Shown in pieces: positions 1-10,578 of a DNA stretch of 31,306 bases. The stretch is taken from positions 33,899 through 65,204 of the forward strand of contig JAAOMT010000224.1 in assembly GCA_016748015.1 (NCBI GenBank), written 5' to 3'. Position 1 is the stretch's first letter; the number at the start of each line of letters is the position of its first letter. The position numbers were made by a program, and so were the translations under genes. Source of the DNA: Geosiphon pyriformis uo1 (lineage: Eukaryota; Fungi; Glomeromycota). Below the pieces are notes generated by a model that searched no databases, was not told the DNA's origin, and worked only from the letters and a program-made list of their open reading frames with translations.

Positions 1-759
1 CTTCGCCAGAGCCTAAATTAAATCAAACTAAACTAATTTTCAGGGTAAAAATGAAAAGTTCTATTTCATTTTTTTCTCAAAATTAATTTTATCAATTAAG
101 ATATATACAATATATATATTTTTTGCTTTTTTCATTTAATTTACATATTAAAGATAAACATTAAAATAATTCAACTTGAAGAATCTAATTTTGAGAATTT
201 ACCTTTGATTACCATAATAGTAATAATAATAATAATAATAATAGCTAATTTTTTTATGAAATGAAAACAGACAAATAAGGCTTAGAATGTTGATATCCAT
301 ATTTGTCATCCTATTATTGGTGCAAAAAATAAATTGGTATAATGAAATTTTCACAAACCTTGCAGAAAACTGGGTTTATTAATTTTTAATTATTACGAAT
401 TTTAATTATAATTACCAAAAATTCAAGGGTCTGTGCGTATCATCATCTCTAATGTTTTTTCAAATATTAGATACTTTCTAAATTCAGAAAGAAGCCTAAT
501 GTTCATTTTTAGACTTAAATTTTTTGTAGCACCATTTTTTACTTCCTTTTAGCTTTGAATCAAAGTTTAAAAGATCTTATTTTAATGGATAATAAAAAAT
601 ATTAGTTTTTTTAGGTTAGTTAAACCCATTTTAGTAAAACCTTATATGATATTTTAATCACGATATGTTAACACTATATTAAAAAATTACTCGAAAAAAT
701 TTACCTGTAGAAGATTATGATAATGTAAGGTTTTCTTTTATATAGACATTTGGATATAT

Positions 760-882
760 TATGAGTTGGAACAGAATTTGAGTTGATTCAGAATTAACTT
801 AAGTTGATTTGGGATTTTAATTTAACTTGAGTTAATTCGGAATCCTTAATTTAATACTGTATTGATTTCGAATCAACTCAAC
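760..882. repeat. Short imperfect tandem repeats (~20-28 bp, TTAACTTGAGTTGATTCGGAAT-like) with one inverted unit; probable transposon terminal/subterminal region
   Basis: gagttgattcagaattaacttaagttgatttgggattttaatttaacttgagttaattcggaat followed by the inverted gaatcaactcaa; lies ~120 bp beyond the stop of the Ginger-like remnant. Confidence 0.5.
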
Positions 883-998
883 CAATTATATTATTTGGTT
901 AATTGGCCAGTAAAAAGTTTTTCTTTTATTAGCCAATCAAAAAAATCAAAGTTTTAATATTTGACCCATTTTTTTATTATTATATTTAATAATTTTAA

Positions 999-1450
999 TT
1001 ATTTGTTTCGATTCTTATAAGCATTACTACTACTACTATAATATTGTGTATTATATAAAATTTTGGCTTTTTTGTAATTACAATAATTAGTTCTACAGCT
1101 TCTTTTACAATTGTATTGATAATCTGTTATTTTCCTTTAACTTTAACATAAGACTGCTTTACATAAAAAAATAAAAGTGTTTGGTATTTTTTGTAATTCT
1201 GAAAAATCAGTAGTCTTAATAGACATTAACTCTGTTATATGTTAATATTTTTGACTTGTATCTTAGTCTATATAATCTTTTATTAACAGTTTTAATTACT
1301 TTGCAAATTAGAAACTTTCTATTAAGATCTAAATAATCAATCTTTAAAATTTTAATTTACATAAAATCTTTAATTTCATAAAATATTTTCTGTTTTGCAT
1401 TTTATACAGCATTTTTTTGCATTACTTTGGTATTATTAACATATTAATTG
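999..1450 (-). pseudogene. C-terminal remnant of a Ginger2/TDD-type (KRAB-A-domain-containing-protein-2-like) integrase/transposase
   Basis: Minus strand reads YEIKDFM*IKILKIDYLDLNRKFLICKV...LYRLRYKSKIL...ELMSIKTTDFSELQKIPN...YNCKRSCRTNYCNYKKAK. Allowing for G>A/C>T decay this is the GD.V.I.IP.IDR..LD.K.L.CKV motif plus the Cys-rich CxC tail of this family. Confidence 0.6.
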
Positions 1451-1714
1451 TAAGCAATTTGATATATTTTATAATAGCCAATAAATAAGTTAGTAATATT
1501 ATATAGTATATTGTTTTGGTTATTATTATCTTATTAAAAAATATAAAATTAATACAGAATAATATTAAAAAGTACAAATAATAAAAAACATTATCTTGTC
1601 TCTTAAAATTATAATAAAAGAAACATAAAAATTATTAGAATAAGTACAAATATTTTTTAAGAAATTGCTTGATTTTTCCACTTATAATTTGATTTTTTTT
1701 GATTTTTTTTTAAT

Positions 1715-2669
1715 ATTATTTACTATATTATGTTATTATTACTAGTTTAGTAATTATTGTCACTGTTTTTGATTATTTTGTTACAATTACTAAATATTTT
1801 ATTGTTGCTATTAGACATTTTATTGCTTATTATTTTGTTATTGTTATTAATTATTTAGTAGAATAGTTTGGTTTTTTTTGTTGCTAATTGTGTATTTAAT
1901 ATGTATAAAAATATTTGACTTTTTTTTTCTTTTAAAATACATTAAGCTAATTTTTGTTTAAAAACAAATAATAACAACAATACTTTTTCTTATTTTTAAT
2001 AATTTTATTATACATCTTTTTTGCTTTTCTAATTATTGAAATAGTTTATACATTTATGATATATTATAGTCTATAGTTATAATTATAATAGTGTATATTA
2101 TCAGCTAAGCTAAAAAATATTCTCAATAGTAACAAAAACTATTGATAATACTATTAATTTAGTAGTTATTATTACTATTTCTAGTTATTTTGTTACAACT
2201 ACTGAATATTTTGTTGCTAATTATTTTATTATTTATTGTTTTGTTATTACTATTAATTATTTAATTATTTAATTACTAATTATTTTGTTGTTATTGTTAT
2301 TTATTTTATTGTTTATTATTTTACTACTGTTAGTTATCTTGTTATATATTATCTTGTTGTTGCTGCTAATTATTTTGTTATTAATTATCTTATTATAATT
2401 ACTAATTATCTTATTACTTTTTATTTTACTATTGCTGGTTATTTTTTTGCATATTATTTTGTTGTTGCTACTAATTATTTTGTTGTTTATTATCTTGTTA
2501 TTGTTGCTAATTATCTTGTTACATAATATTTTGTTGTTATTGTTAATTATTTTGTCACATATTATTTTGTTATTATTGCTAATTATTTTATTTTTGCTAT
2601 TAGTTATCTTATTATATATTATTTTATTGTTGTTGTTAGTTATTTTGTTATTTATTATCTTGTTTTTGC
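1715..2669 (+). repeat. Low-complexity degenerate minisatellite (ATTATYTTGTTGYTGCTA-like units), left part; interrupted by non-repeat sequence at ~1870-2150
   Basis: Directly visible periodic T-rich units; source of the spurious poly-L/I ORF 2432-2680. Confidence 0.85.
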
Positions 2670-3239
2670 TAGAATTTTGATGTTTAGTCCAGTTTGGTTC
2701 AAGTTTGATAGAATCACCAAACTAAATCAAATTTGAATAAAAGATTTAGTAAAATTTTAAACTCAAATTCGAACCAGACTTAAAATTACTAAACTTGAAT
2801 TAAATCCAAATACATGTAACAAGTTTGGTTTAAGCTTAGTTTGAAGTTTATAAAAATTTTTAGATTCAACTATTAAAAACATTATATTATACTATATTAT
2901 TATTTAATTTTTTTTTAATAGTCCCTGTATTTATAATTAAAAACATTGTATTACTTTTATAATTTTAGACACTAAACAAGATTTTATATCTGTAATTATA
3001 TTTTTATCTGCAGAAAAAGTGAATTTAAAAGCAACAAATAATTTTTAGATTACCAAATAATTATAAGCCATATATACAAGACAAAAAAATTGTATTTAAT
3101 GTACTTAAATATTAAATTATTAATAAAATATTAATTTAGATAAATATTTTTTGTAATATAGTGCAAACTATTTATAGTCATCAAAGTATTATTATTTTTA
3201 AAAAGACTTTTAATTAATATTAATCTAATCTTTAAATGA

Positions 3240-4760
3240 TTACTTTTTTATAAAAATATAATATTTCTTAACCTGTATGTCTTCTGCTGATGACACAACA
3301 CTATTAATCATAAATATTTTATTTACATCATTACTATATTTGGTTGTTATTATCAGAACAAAAATTCAGATATCAATATTGTTTACACTAAACATCAAAG
3401 AAATTATAAAAGTACTATAAGTAATTGTCATAAAATTTGGGAATGTTATTTGTACTCTATTTATAATCTTGTGTTATTATAATGTAAATACTTACTTTAA
3501 ATTCACAAATAATTTTTTAATGACTATAATATTGTATTTTAAAAAATTGCTTGGATCTAAAAGATATATAAAATCCCCTGTAATAAAGATTTCTGGTTAA
3601 ATTTAATATTTGAATTATAAATTATATTAAAAAGAAATATAATGACTAAAATACTTATCATATATTTAACTAAATTATAATCTAGTTTTAGAAATAGTTT
3701 TCTAGACTGTAAAAAAAATTTTAATTGTTGAATATTTCAACAACTTATTAGAATGTAATATATAATAACTTATAACAATAATTAAAAAACTTATATCAGT
3801 TAGTGTTAATTTAAAAGAATCAGATTGGAATTGAAGATTTTTGGCTTTATCTTAATTAAGAAAACTAAAGTTGTTTTAAAGCCTATAATCTTGAATAGTT
3901 CTTTTTTGTTAGTGTTGTATATTTTCTAACAAGTTTATTTTAATGCAAAAAATATATAAAACATATTAGTTCAAGTAGATAAAACCCAGATTTTTTTGTA
4001 AAAACCTAATAAACTTTTTATTTATAAGAATTTAACATCTTTAAAAATGCATGAATTATCATTAAAATACATAACATTTTCGAAATCAATTACAAGTCCT
4101 GATCAAATTCATAAATAGATAATAGCTTTTTCGAATTTTCTATTGATATAATATAAAAAACATATGTTAAGTATTAAGCAACTAATGAGAAAAACGTGCA
4201 TAGTACCAATCTCAATCATGTTTAAGAACCTTGGTTCTTCAATCACATTATAATATTCTGGATATTTTTTTTTGGACAGTAAATCCATAAATAATTTGGC
4301 ATATTTTTAATTACTAAATATAAAAATAAAAAGTCACAACTAAGCTGTAATACTAAAATTGAAATCTATCTCAAATATTCTTACCTACTATTTTTTTGAT
4401 CAACAATTATTTGCAATAAATCTTTCATTAGCTCTAAGGAATCAGCTTCAATTTAAAAATTGGATTTCTTTTGAGTTGATTGTTTAATTGTTAATGTTAG
4501 ACTTTTTTGCCCAAATTCTTTGTTATAAGTCAAAAAAATTTTGTAATAACTATTTTTATTAATATTATCTGAATTTTCGGCTCAGATGATCTCCCCAATT
4601 CCAATAAAAATTTTTTTTTGATAAATGCTGAAGGAGCTTTTTTTGATTGCTTCTTATCCAAAACTACAAAACAGAAATTAAAGTTTAAATTGAAACCAAA
4701 AAGATTTAAAGAATAAATATATACCTGAGTTAAAAATGTCATTTTTATTGTAATACAATT
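3240..4760 (-). pseudogene. Spliced cargo gene remnant: HMG-box-like segment, bromodomain, BAH domain (Rsc1/2- or polybromo-like modules)
   Basis: GT-AG introns at 4664-4724, 4314-4384, 4140-4206 and 3388-3495. Exons read KKQSKKAPSAFI..EII*AENSD (HMG-like); KIIVDQKNS|SN*KYAKLFMDLLSKKKYPEYYNVIEEPRFLNMIE (bromodomain ZA loop, 4207-4313); EFDQDL*LI(fs)ENVMYFNDNSCIFKDVKFL (bromodomain B-C helices with the conserved Asn, ~4025-4115); FITGDFIYLLDPSNFLKYNIIVIKKLFVN (BAH start, ~3496-3590); then NKIFMINSVVSSAEDIQ. Bromodomain is the strongest call, BAH moderate, HMG weakest. Confidence 0.75.
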
Positions 4761-4847
4761 TTATTGTACAACATTACATAATTCAAATCCTTTAATTTTG
4801 TCCAAGCACCAATTACACACTAGATTAATATTACATTACATAAAAAA

Positions 4848-6991
4848 ATGCCATTTCATTCTAAAGAAAAAAGAAAAGCTAAAGATCAAGTTAGAAATAC
4901 AAAAAAATTATATAAAAAACACATTATACTATTTTAATAAATGATCATAATATTGAAGTAAATAAATGTAACAGACTGAATATTAGTGATAAAGAGTAGA
5001 GTAATAATAATGACAGTAAATAAGATAATACAAAAGATATGGAAGCTATAATTAGAATAAATACAAAATTAAAAAAACTCAGTTTAATATAGAAAAATAA
5101 CAATTATCTAAAAAAAAAGTGAGGCCCTTACATGATAAAAAAGATACCAAAGTTAATCTATTACAATAAATATAGACCAAATGGTTTATTCATTAAAACA
5201 GCAGCTGGAACTAAAAAAAATTACCACTTTCTTTAATATTAGCAATATTCAAACTACAGACTTACAATAGTCTGAATTTAATAAATCTTTAAGCAATTCA
5301 GAAAGTAAGATTGATCTGTATGCTAATCAAATAAAAAAAGAGCAAGAGTTAAAAGAACATTTAAAAAAACAACATGTTTAGTTAATTGTCTTCAAATATA
5401 ATTAAAAAAGAGCTATTTTTAAATATCTTATCTTGTTAAATAATAATAATGGACATAGAAAAATTAATGCCAATTTGAAAATTGTCCAAAAAGTTTTTAT
5501 TAATGATAATGTATAAAAAGCACAAAGAATTCGATATTTTATAAAGTATTGGTTGCTTAATAATAAGTTTTAACATCAAAACATAAAAAACACCAAAAAA
5601 CAATTAGAATAATTAATAATAAAGACATTGCAAAAAGATATCATATTTGGATTAGAAACCAAAACTTCAATGTCACTCCAGTAACATTTAAAAAATTCAT
5701 CAAGCATAAATTGTTTCCTAATATTGGAATAATGAAGAAAAAAACTATTAATCTTATGACTACAGTAAGATGGCTCAAAATTCTTGGTTATTCATTTTAA
5801 CAATATTATCAAGGCTTATATTATGATAAACATGAAAGAAATAATATTTTGCAATCTCGAAAAGAATTTTTAGAAAAAATATATGAGCATAAAAAGTATA
5901 TGTCAAAGTATAAAAATAAATTTATGGATTAAATACATTTTAATTTACTTAATAAAGAAAAAAAAAGAGTTCTTGTAGTCTATAATAAATGTATTTTTTA
6001 TTTAAATAATGGCAAGCATAGCATATAAGCTGAGCATAGAAATTTGTTACTAAGAAAAAAAGGAAATAAAAGATCAATTATGGTCAGTGAATTTCTAACT
6101 AAAATTAATAAACATTTATGTTTACAACAAAATGATATAGAAAATTATTCTAATATACCAAAAGAAGCATGACGCTATTTACAACTTGGTATAATTAAGA
6201 TAATTATTGGACAGCAAATTAATTTTTTAAACAAATTAAATATAAAGCAATTCTAATTTTTAAGAAATTATATTCAAATTGTACAGCCATATTTGCTTTT
6301 GATAATATCTCTAATTATATAGCATTTAGTAAAAATGCTTTAATTGTAAACAGAATGAATTTAAGTCTAGATGAAAAGCAATTATTAATGCAAGATACTT
6401 TTTTTGAATTAGATAATCAATTACAATTAATGATCTTTCTGAAAATATATTCAGATAAAAAACTTTGAGGATTGCTTAAAGAAATTAAACAAGTATTAAT
6501 AGAATGAAGAAAATAGTTATCAAAAGAATTAATATTAGAATGCCAAAAATACAAAGAAAAAATCAAAGATTCTTCAAAAGTTTTTTGTTGTACATATCAA
6601 ATAATATCTTTAAAATCTGATTTTTTTATTCAAAAAAATACAATTGAAGGATTAATCAAAAGTATGGGACATAAGTGCATTTTTTTTCCAAAATTTTATT
6701 GCAAATTAAATTTTATTGAAAGATATTAAAGAATTGCTAAAAATATGCACATAATAAATACAATTATTTATGGAAAAGATTACAAAGAACAGTGTCTAAA
6801 AGTCTTGAATTAGTATTTTTAATAACTATTAGACAATTCTTAAAAAAATATTGGTGTTATATGAATTTTTATAAAAAAAGTTTTAGTGAAAATTAGTAGA
6901 ATATGCTATAAAAAAATATAAATCTCATAAAAGAATTCCAAATAATATTCTTGAAAAATTAAACAAATTAAATAATATTCAAAGTTTGTAA
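4848..6991 (+). pseudogene. DDE transposase pseudogene (fungal Tc1/IS630-like, PKFHCELNFIE type)
   Basis: ATG at 4848. YYDKHERNNILQSRKEFL = YxDGHER (~5818-5875); VLVVYNKCIFY = VHDE, first D (~5970-6000); IFAFDNISNY = FDNS.NH, second D at 6301; GHKCIFFPKFYCKLNFIERY (~6667-6725); YAIKKYKSHKRIP (~6902-6940). Stops and frameshifts throughout. Confidence 0.9.
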
Positions 6992-8499
6992 TACTGTATT
7001 TGGTTTTATAATATATAAAGTTTAATAAAATTTTCTTTTTTATTATAAATAATATATTAAAAACACATGTATATTAACCAATAAAATTTAATTATATAAA
7101 TAAAAATACGTAAAGATTATTATTTAAAATTTTAGACTGATCTATATTTTTGATGATTATAAATAGTTTGCATTATATACTTTTTACTATATTATTACAT
7201 TTATTTTTCTATTGGCCACTTTTTCAGAAATATAATAATTAATTTTGTCAAGTTTTTTTATTATTATTGTTAAAGTCTGTTTTTAATATAAATTGTGTAA
7301 CTAATGCTATAGTATCATTAAAATTGCTATTTAACAAAAAACTGTTATTTGATGTTGGTATAATGTTTAGTGAGTACTTTATTTCAAAGAGAATATACAT
7401 TCTTAAGATTTATTTAGCATATGAGAATTAAAAAATAAAACTATTTGAATAAATTAATAACTTCTAAATTTTTTATTTTATTAATATTATTATCCAAAAA
7501 TTCTTTTTTTGTAAAATAATTAAATTTTTTTCTTAGATTTAATATAGTACAGAGCATTATAATTGTATTTGTTTTAAAGTAATATTTAATATACTTTTTT
7601 CTTACTGTTTTAACTGTTATTATAAATAATAAATCTAATATTAAATATGTTAAATAAATAACTAAATAAATACAATTGAAATTATAATGTTTTACTAGAT
7701 TTATTTTCATTAACTGTGTTTTTGACATGATTAAAAATGATATTAAAAAAAAAATAATTGAAAAGACAATATTATTTAAATTAATTAATATTTTAACTAT
7801 AATATTCTTAAATAGTTCAAGAAATTTAGCAATTTTATTGAAAACAGCCCACTAATTGTGTAAAATAACATATTAATAAAGGTTAATATAAGTGCTAATA
7901 AGAATGTTTAATGCTTATAAATTTACAGTTAGAATTCTTTTATTTAAAATTTACAAAATCAAAAATAAATAACTTGTTAATTTAAGAGATAATTCATTTT
8001 TAACTATGTCATAAGTAAAATTTTACCAGATAAAACAATTCAGAATGAGTTTACAGTATTTAATTTAATATATATTACAGACATATTAAAAGAGCTTAAA
8101 ACATTGAGACAAAATACAAATTATAGAGTTAAGTTCTTTAATCTTTAATTTATACAAAGTTTATATTAAGAAAATTTTAAGTAAATATATTCAGTTTAGA
8201 TTTTTAATAAATACCTTAGAAATATTATTTTTTATTTCATCTAAAACTATCTGTACTACCAAGTTTAGAATATAATCAAAGTATCAAAATCAAAAGTTTT
8301 TTGAGTTTTATTAAATGTTTTTTTTTTCTAATTTTTTTGTTAACTTTCTTACAAAAGTACTATTATTTGCAATATTATTGAAAGTAATAGTAAAAAACTG
8401 TCAAAAAAAATTAGGTTATAACTAATAAAATTAATGATAAACTTGTATAAAAAAAGAGTAAATATAATTTTTTTTTAAACTTTTTTCTTAATTTTTTTG

Positions 8500-8731
8500 G
8501 CTAAAAATTTGGCTTAAAACAATAATAAAACCACTTAAATTAACATTAAGAAAATGTAGTTTTCAATAATATAAGTACTGTAATAACTCTAAGTCTCAAA
8601 TAATACTAATGCCAAAAATTCAGCTTTAAAGCAATAATAAAAACTAACTTAAACCAATATTAAAAAATATGATTTTTGATGATATAAATACTGTAATAAC
8701 TTTGAATTTTAGATAATACTAATATACTGTA
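8500..8731. repeat. Two ~112-bp tandem units ending in a Tc1/mariner-like terminus (..ATACTG|TA); remnant of another insertion in a hAT intron
   Basis: 8500-8610 aligns with 8611-8723 (gctaaaaatttggcttaaaacaataataaaa...taatactaat vs gccaaaaattcagctttaaagcaataataaaa...taatactaat). No partner TIR found. Confidence 0.6.
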
Positions 8732-9919
8732 TAATATGTCAATTTTATCATTGGCTATTGACTAATCTAAATTCATGCAAAAATATACATATATATCTTT
8801 GATGTAATTTTATAATATTTTAATATTTTAAAAAATCTATTTATAATGTTTATTTTATTATGTTGTTCACTTATTAATTCAAAATTAATTATTGTTTGTT
8901 AAAGATTTTAATTGTTATTAATATAATAAATAATAATAAAAACAAAGACTTTATTATTGAGAAATATCTAGAGATTTGATGTAAAGAAAATTTTAAACTT
9001 AATAGTATCTAAGTATGTCTATTATATTATAAGTATAGATAAAAAAAAGACATTTTATAATAAAAATAGTGCTTATTCTTAATTCTTGTCTACTCAAGAT
9101 GATTCTATTTTTAATTGTATTAGCACAAACAGATTGAAAAATAGGATTCAAATATTGGAATATTTTGATTAATTTAAAGTTTTCTACTTTAAAAAGTGAT
9201 TGCTGATAGTTGATAAGCCAAATAATAATTATGTTATAAAGTTTTTTATTATTAATATTAATAACAGTTACTACAAAAAACTAAAGCAGTTTTTTAGTTA
9301 AATTGGCCAAAAATTATAAAAAAAAATAGCAATTTTATCTGTTAAAACATTTTTTGAATTAACTTATAATGTTTTTAACTATTTTGCTTTTTCTTATAAT
9401 ATTTTTTCATTGTAATATATACTGTTTAGTAGAAGACTTCTAAATAATGCCATAAAAATTTAGTAGTATCTGTAGTTTTACAAAAAAATAGTTTATACAC
9501 ATATTTTAAGACTGTATATTTAGCTGTTTTTTTTTATTTACTCAAATTTATCAAAATAGTTTTATATTTCACTTTGAAAACTACACTTACTAAATATATT
9601 AATATCTAAACTATTTGGATTATTAAATTTTATTATTTTAAATTTTAAATATTTAATAATATTGATAATGCTAACAATAAATTTGTTATACATAGTTTTA
9701 TATATTTCTTTAATTAATTATAATTAAATAAAATAATAATTGATAAACAAATAATACAAGTTATATTTTTTTTTAATTTTTTTTAAATTTGAATATGTTT
9801 ATAAATTTCAAACCAGACTTGAACCAAATTCAAACTTGTTAAAAAAGTTCAATGCCAAATTTTAACTGAATCTATTTTAAAAAATTGATTCAGTTTAATT
9901 CAATTTGATTAAAACTTTA

Positions 9920-10447
9920 TTTGCTGCTACTAATTATCTTGTATAAATTATTTTGTTGCTATTACTAATTATCTTGTTACTGATTATTTTATTGTTATTG
10001 CTAGTTATTTTGTTATCTATTATTTTGCTGCTGTTAATTATTTTGTTATATATTATCTTATTATTACTGCTGATTATTTTGTTGTCTATTATTTTGTTGT
10101 TGCTGTTTATTATTTTATTGCCTATTATTTTGTTACATATTATTTTGTTGTTATTGTTAATTATTTTGTTACATATTATCTTATTATTGCTGCTAATTAT
10201 CTTGTTATTGTTGTTATTAGTTATCTTGTTACTTATTATTTTGTTGCTATTACTAATTATTTTGTTGTATATTATTTTATTACTATTGTTAATTATCCTA
10301 TTATTTATTATCTTACTATTATTATTAATTATCTTATTATCTATTATTTTGTTGTTACTGTTAATTATCTTATTATATATTATTTTGTTATTACTAATTA
10401 TTTTGTTACTTATTATCTTGCTGTTTTTGTTGTTGGTTATTTTGTTA
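9920..10447 (+). repeat. Low-complexity minisatellite, middle part (continuation of 1715-2669)
   Basis: Same unit and same strand as the tract left of the hAT; source of spurious ORF 9953-10486. Confidence 0.9.
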
Positions 10448-10578
10448 TTTTTTTTATTACGTTTAATAAGTGAAGTCCAAACGTAATCTAGTACTATACA
10501 TTAATCAAATGATCTAAACTAGGAGCAAATCATGTATTTTTTACACATGACCAGCCATTCAGGCTAACCAAAACAATA

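Larger units (their letters stand above)
3159..7175 (+). mobile_element. Tc1/mariner/IS630-superfamily DNA transposon (~4.0 kb) nested in a hAT intron
   Basis: 27-bp TIRs: tagtgcaaactatttatagtcatcaaa (3159-3185) and tttgatgattataaatagtttgcatta (7149-7175), 3 transition mismatches. TA at 3157-3158 and 7176-7177. Inferred original end CAGTG. Confidence 0.9.
2904..9693 (-). pseudogene. hAT transposase pseudogene (BED zinc finger, DDE core, C-terminal dimerisation domain), multi-exon
   Basis: Manual translation: SEI*NYF..KTAKYTV..TTKFLWHYLE (BED, ~9430-9590); IWLINYQQSLFKVEN..FQYLNP (~9150-9230); KIFFTSNL*IFLNNK = ISFTSDLWTS (~8960-8995); TITFNNIANN = ITLDNA.NN (~8365-8395); F*YFDYILNLVVQ = RCF.HILNL.VQ (~8255-8290); LNCFIW*NFTYDI = DC.TRWNSTYDM (~8005-8050); I**K|intron = WWK (~7181-7195); MAYNYLVI..FVAFKFTFS = MARDYLAI..SVASE..FS (~3010-3075). 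Many stops. Confidence 0.85.
2670..9919 (-). mobile_element. Degenerate hAT DNA transposon (~7.25 kb including nested inserts)
   Basis: Left end TAGAATTTTGAT (2670); right end reverse-complements to TAAAGTTTTAAT (ends 9919). Inverted subterminal AAACC/AAACTTGAACC-type repeats at 2680-2860 and 9795-9910. Candidate decayed 8-bp TSD gtttttgc / tttgctgc. Internal hAT transposase motifs present. Confidence 0.85.

Noticed and set aside
1-700. Possible degenerate coding sequence
   Set aside because: No motif I could recognise in the frames I examined.
2432-2680. Poly-Leu/Ile 'membrane protein' ORF
   Set aside because: Translation of the T-rich minisatellite; non-ATG start; runs into the hAT TIR.
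4530-4742. 70-aa ORF as a standalone gene
   Set aside because: Reads through the 4664-4724 intron; only the KKAPSAF part belongs to the cargo gene.
9953-10486. 177-aa poly-Leu/Ile ORF
   Set aside because: Same repeat artefact; crosses into the LINE poly-A end.
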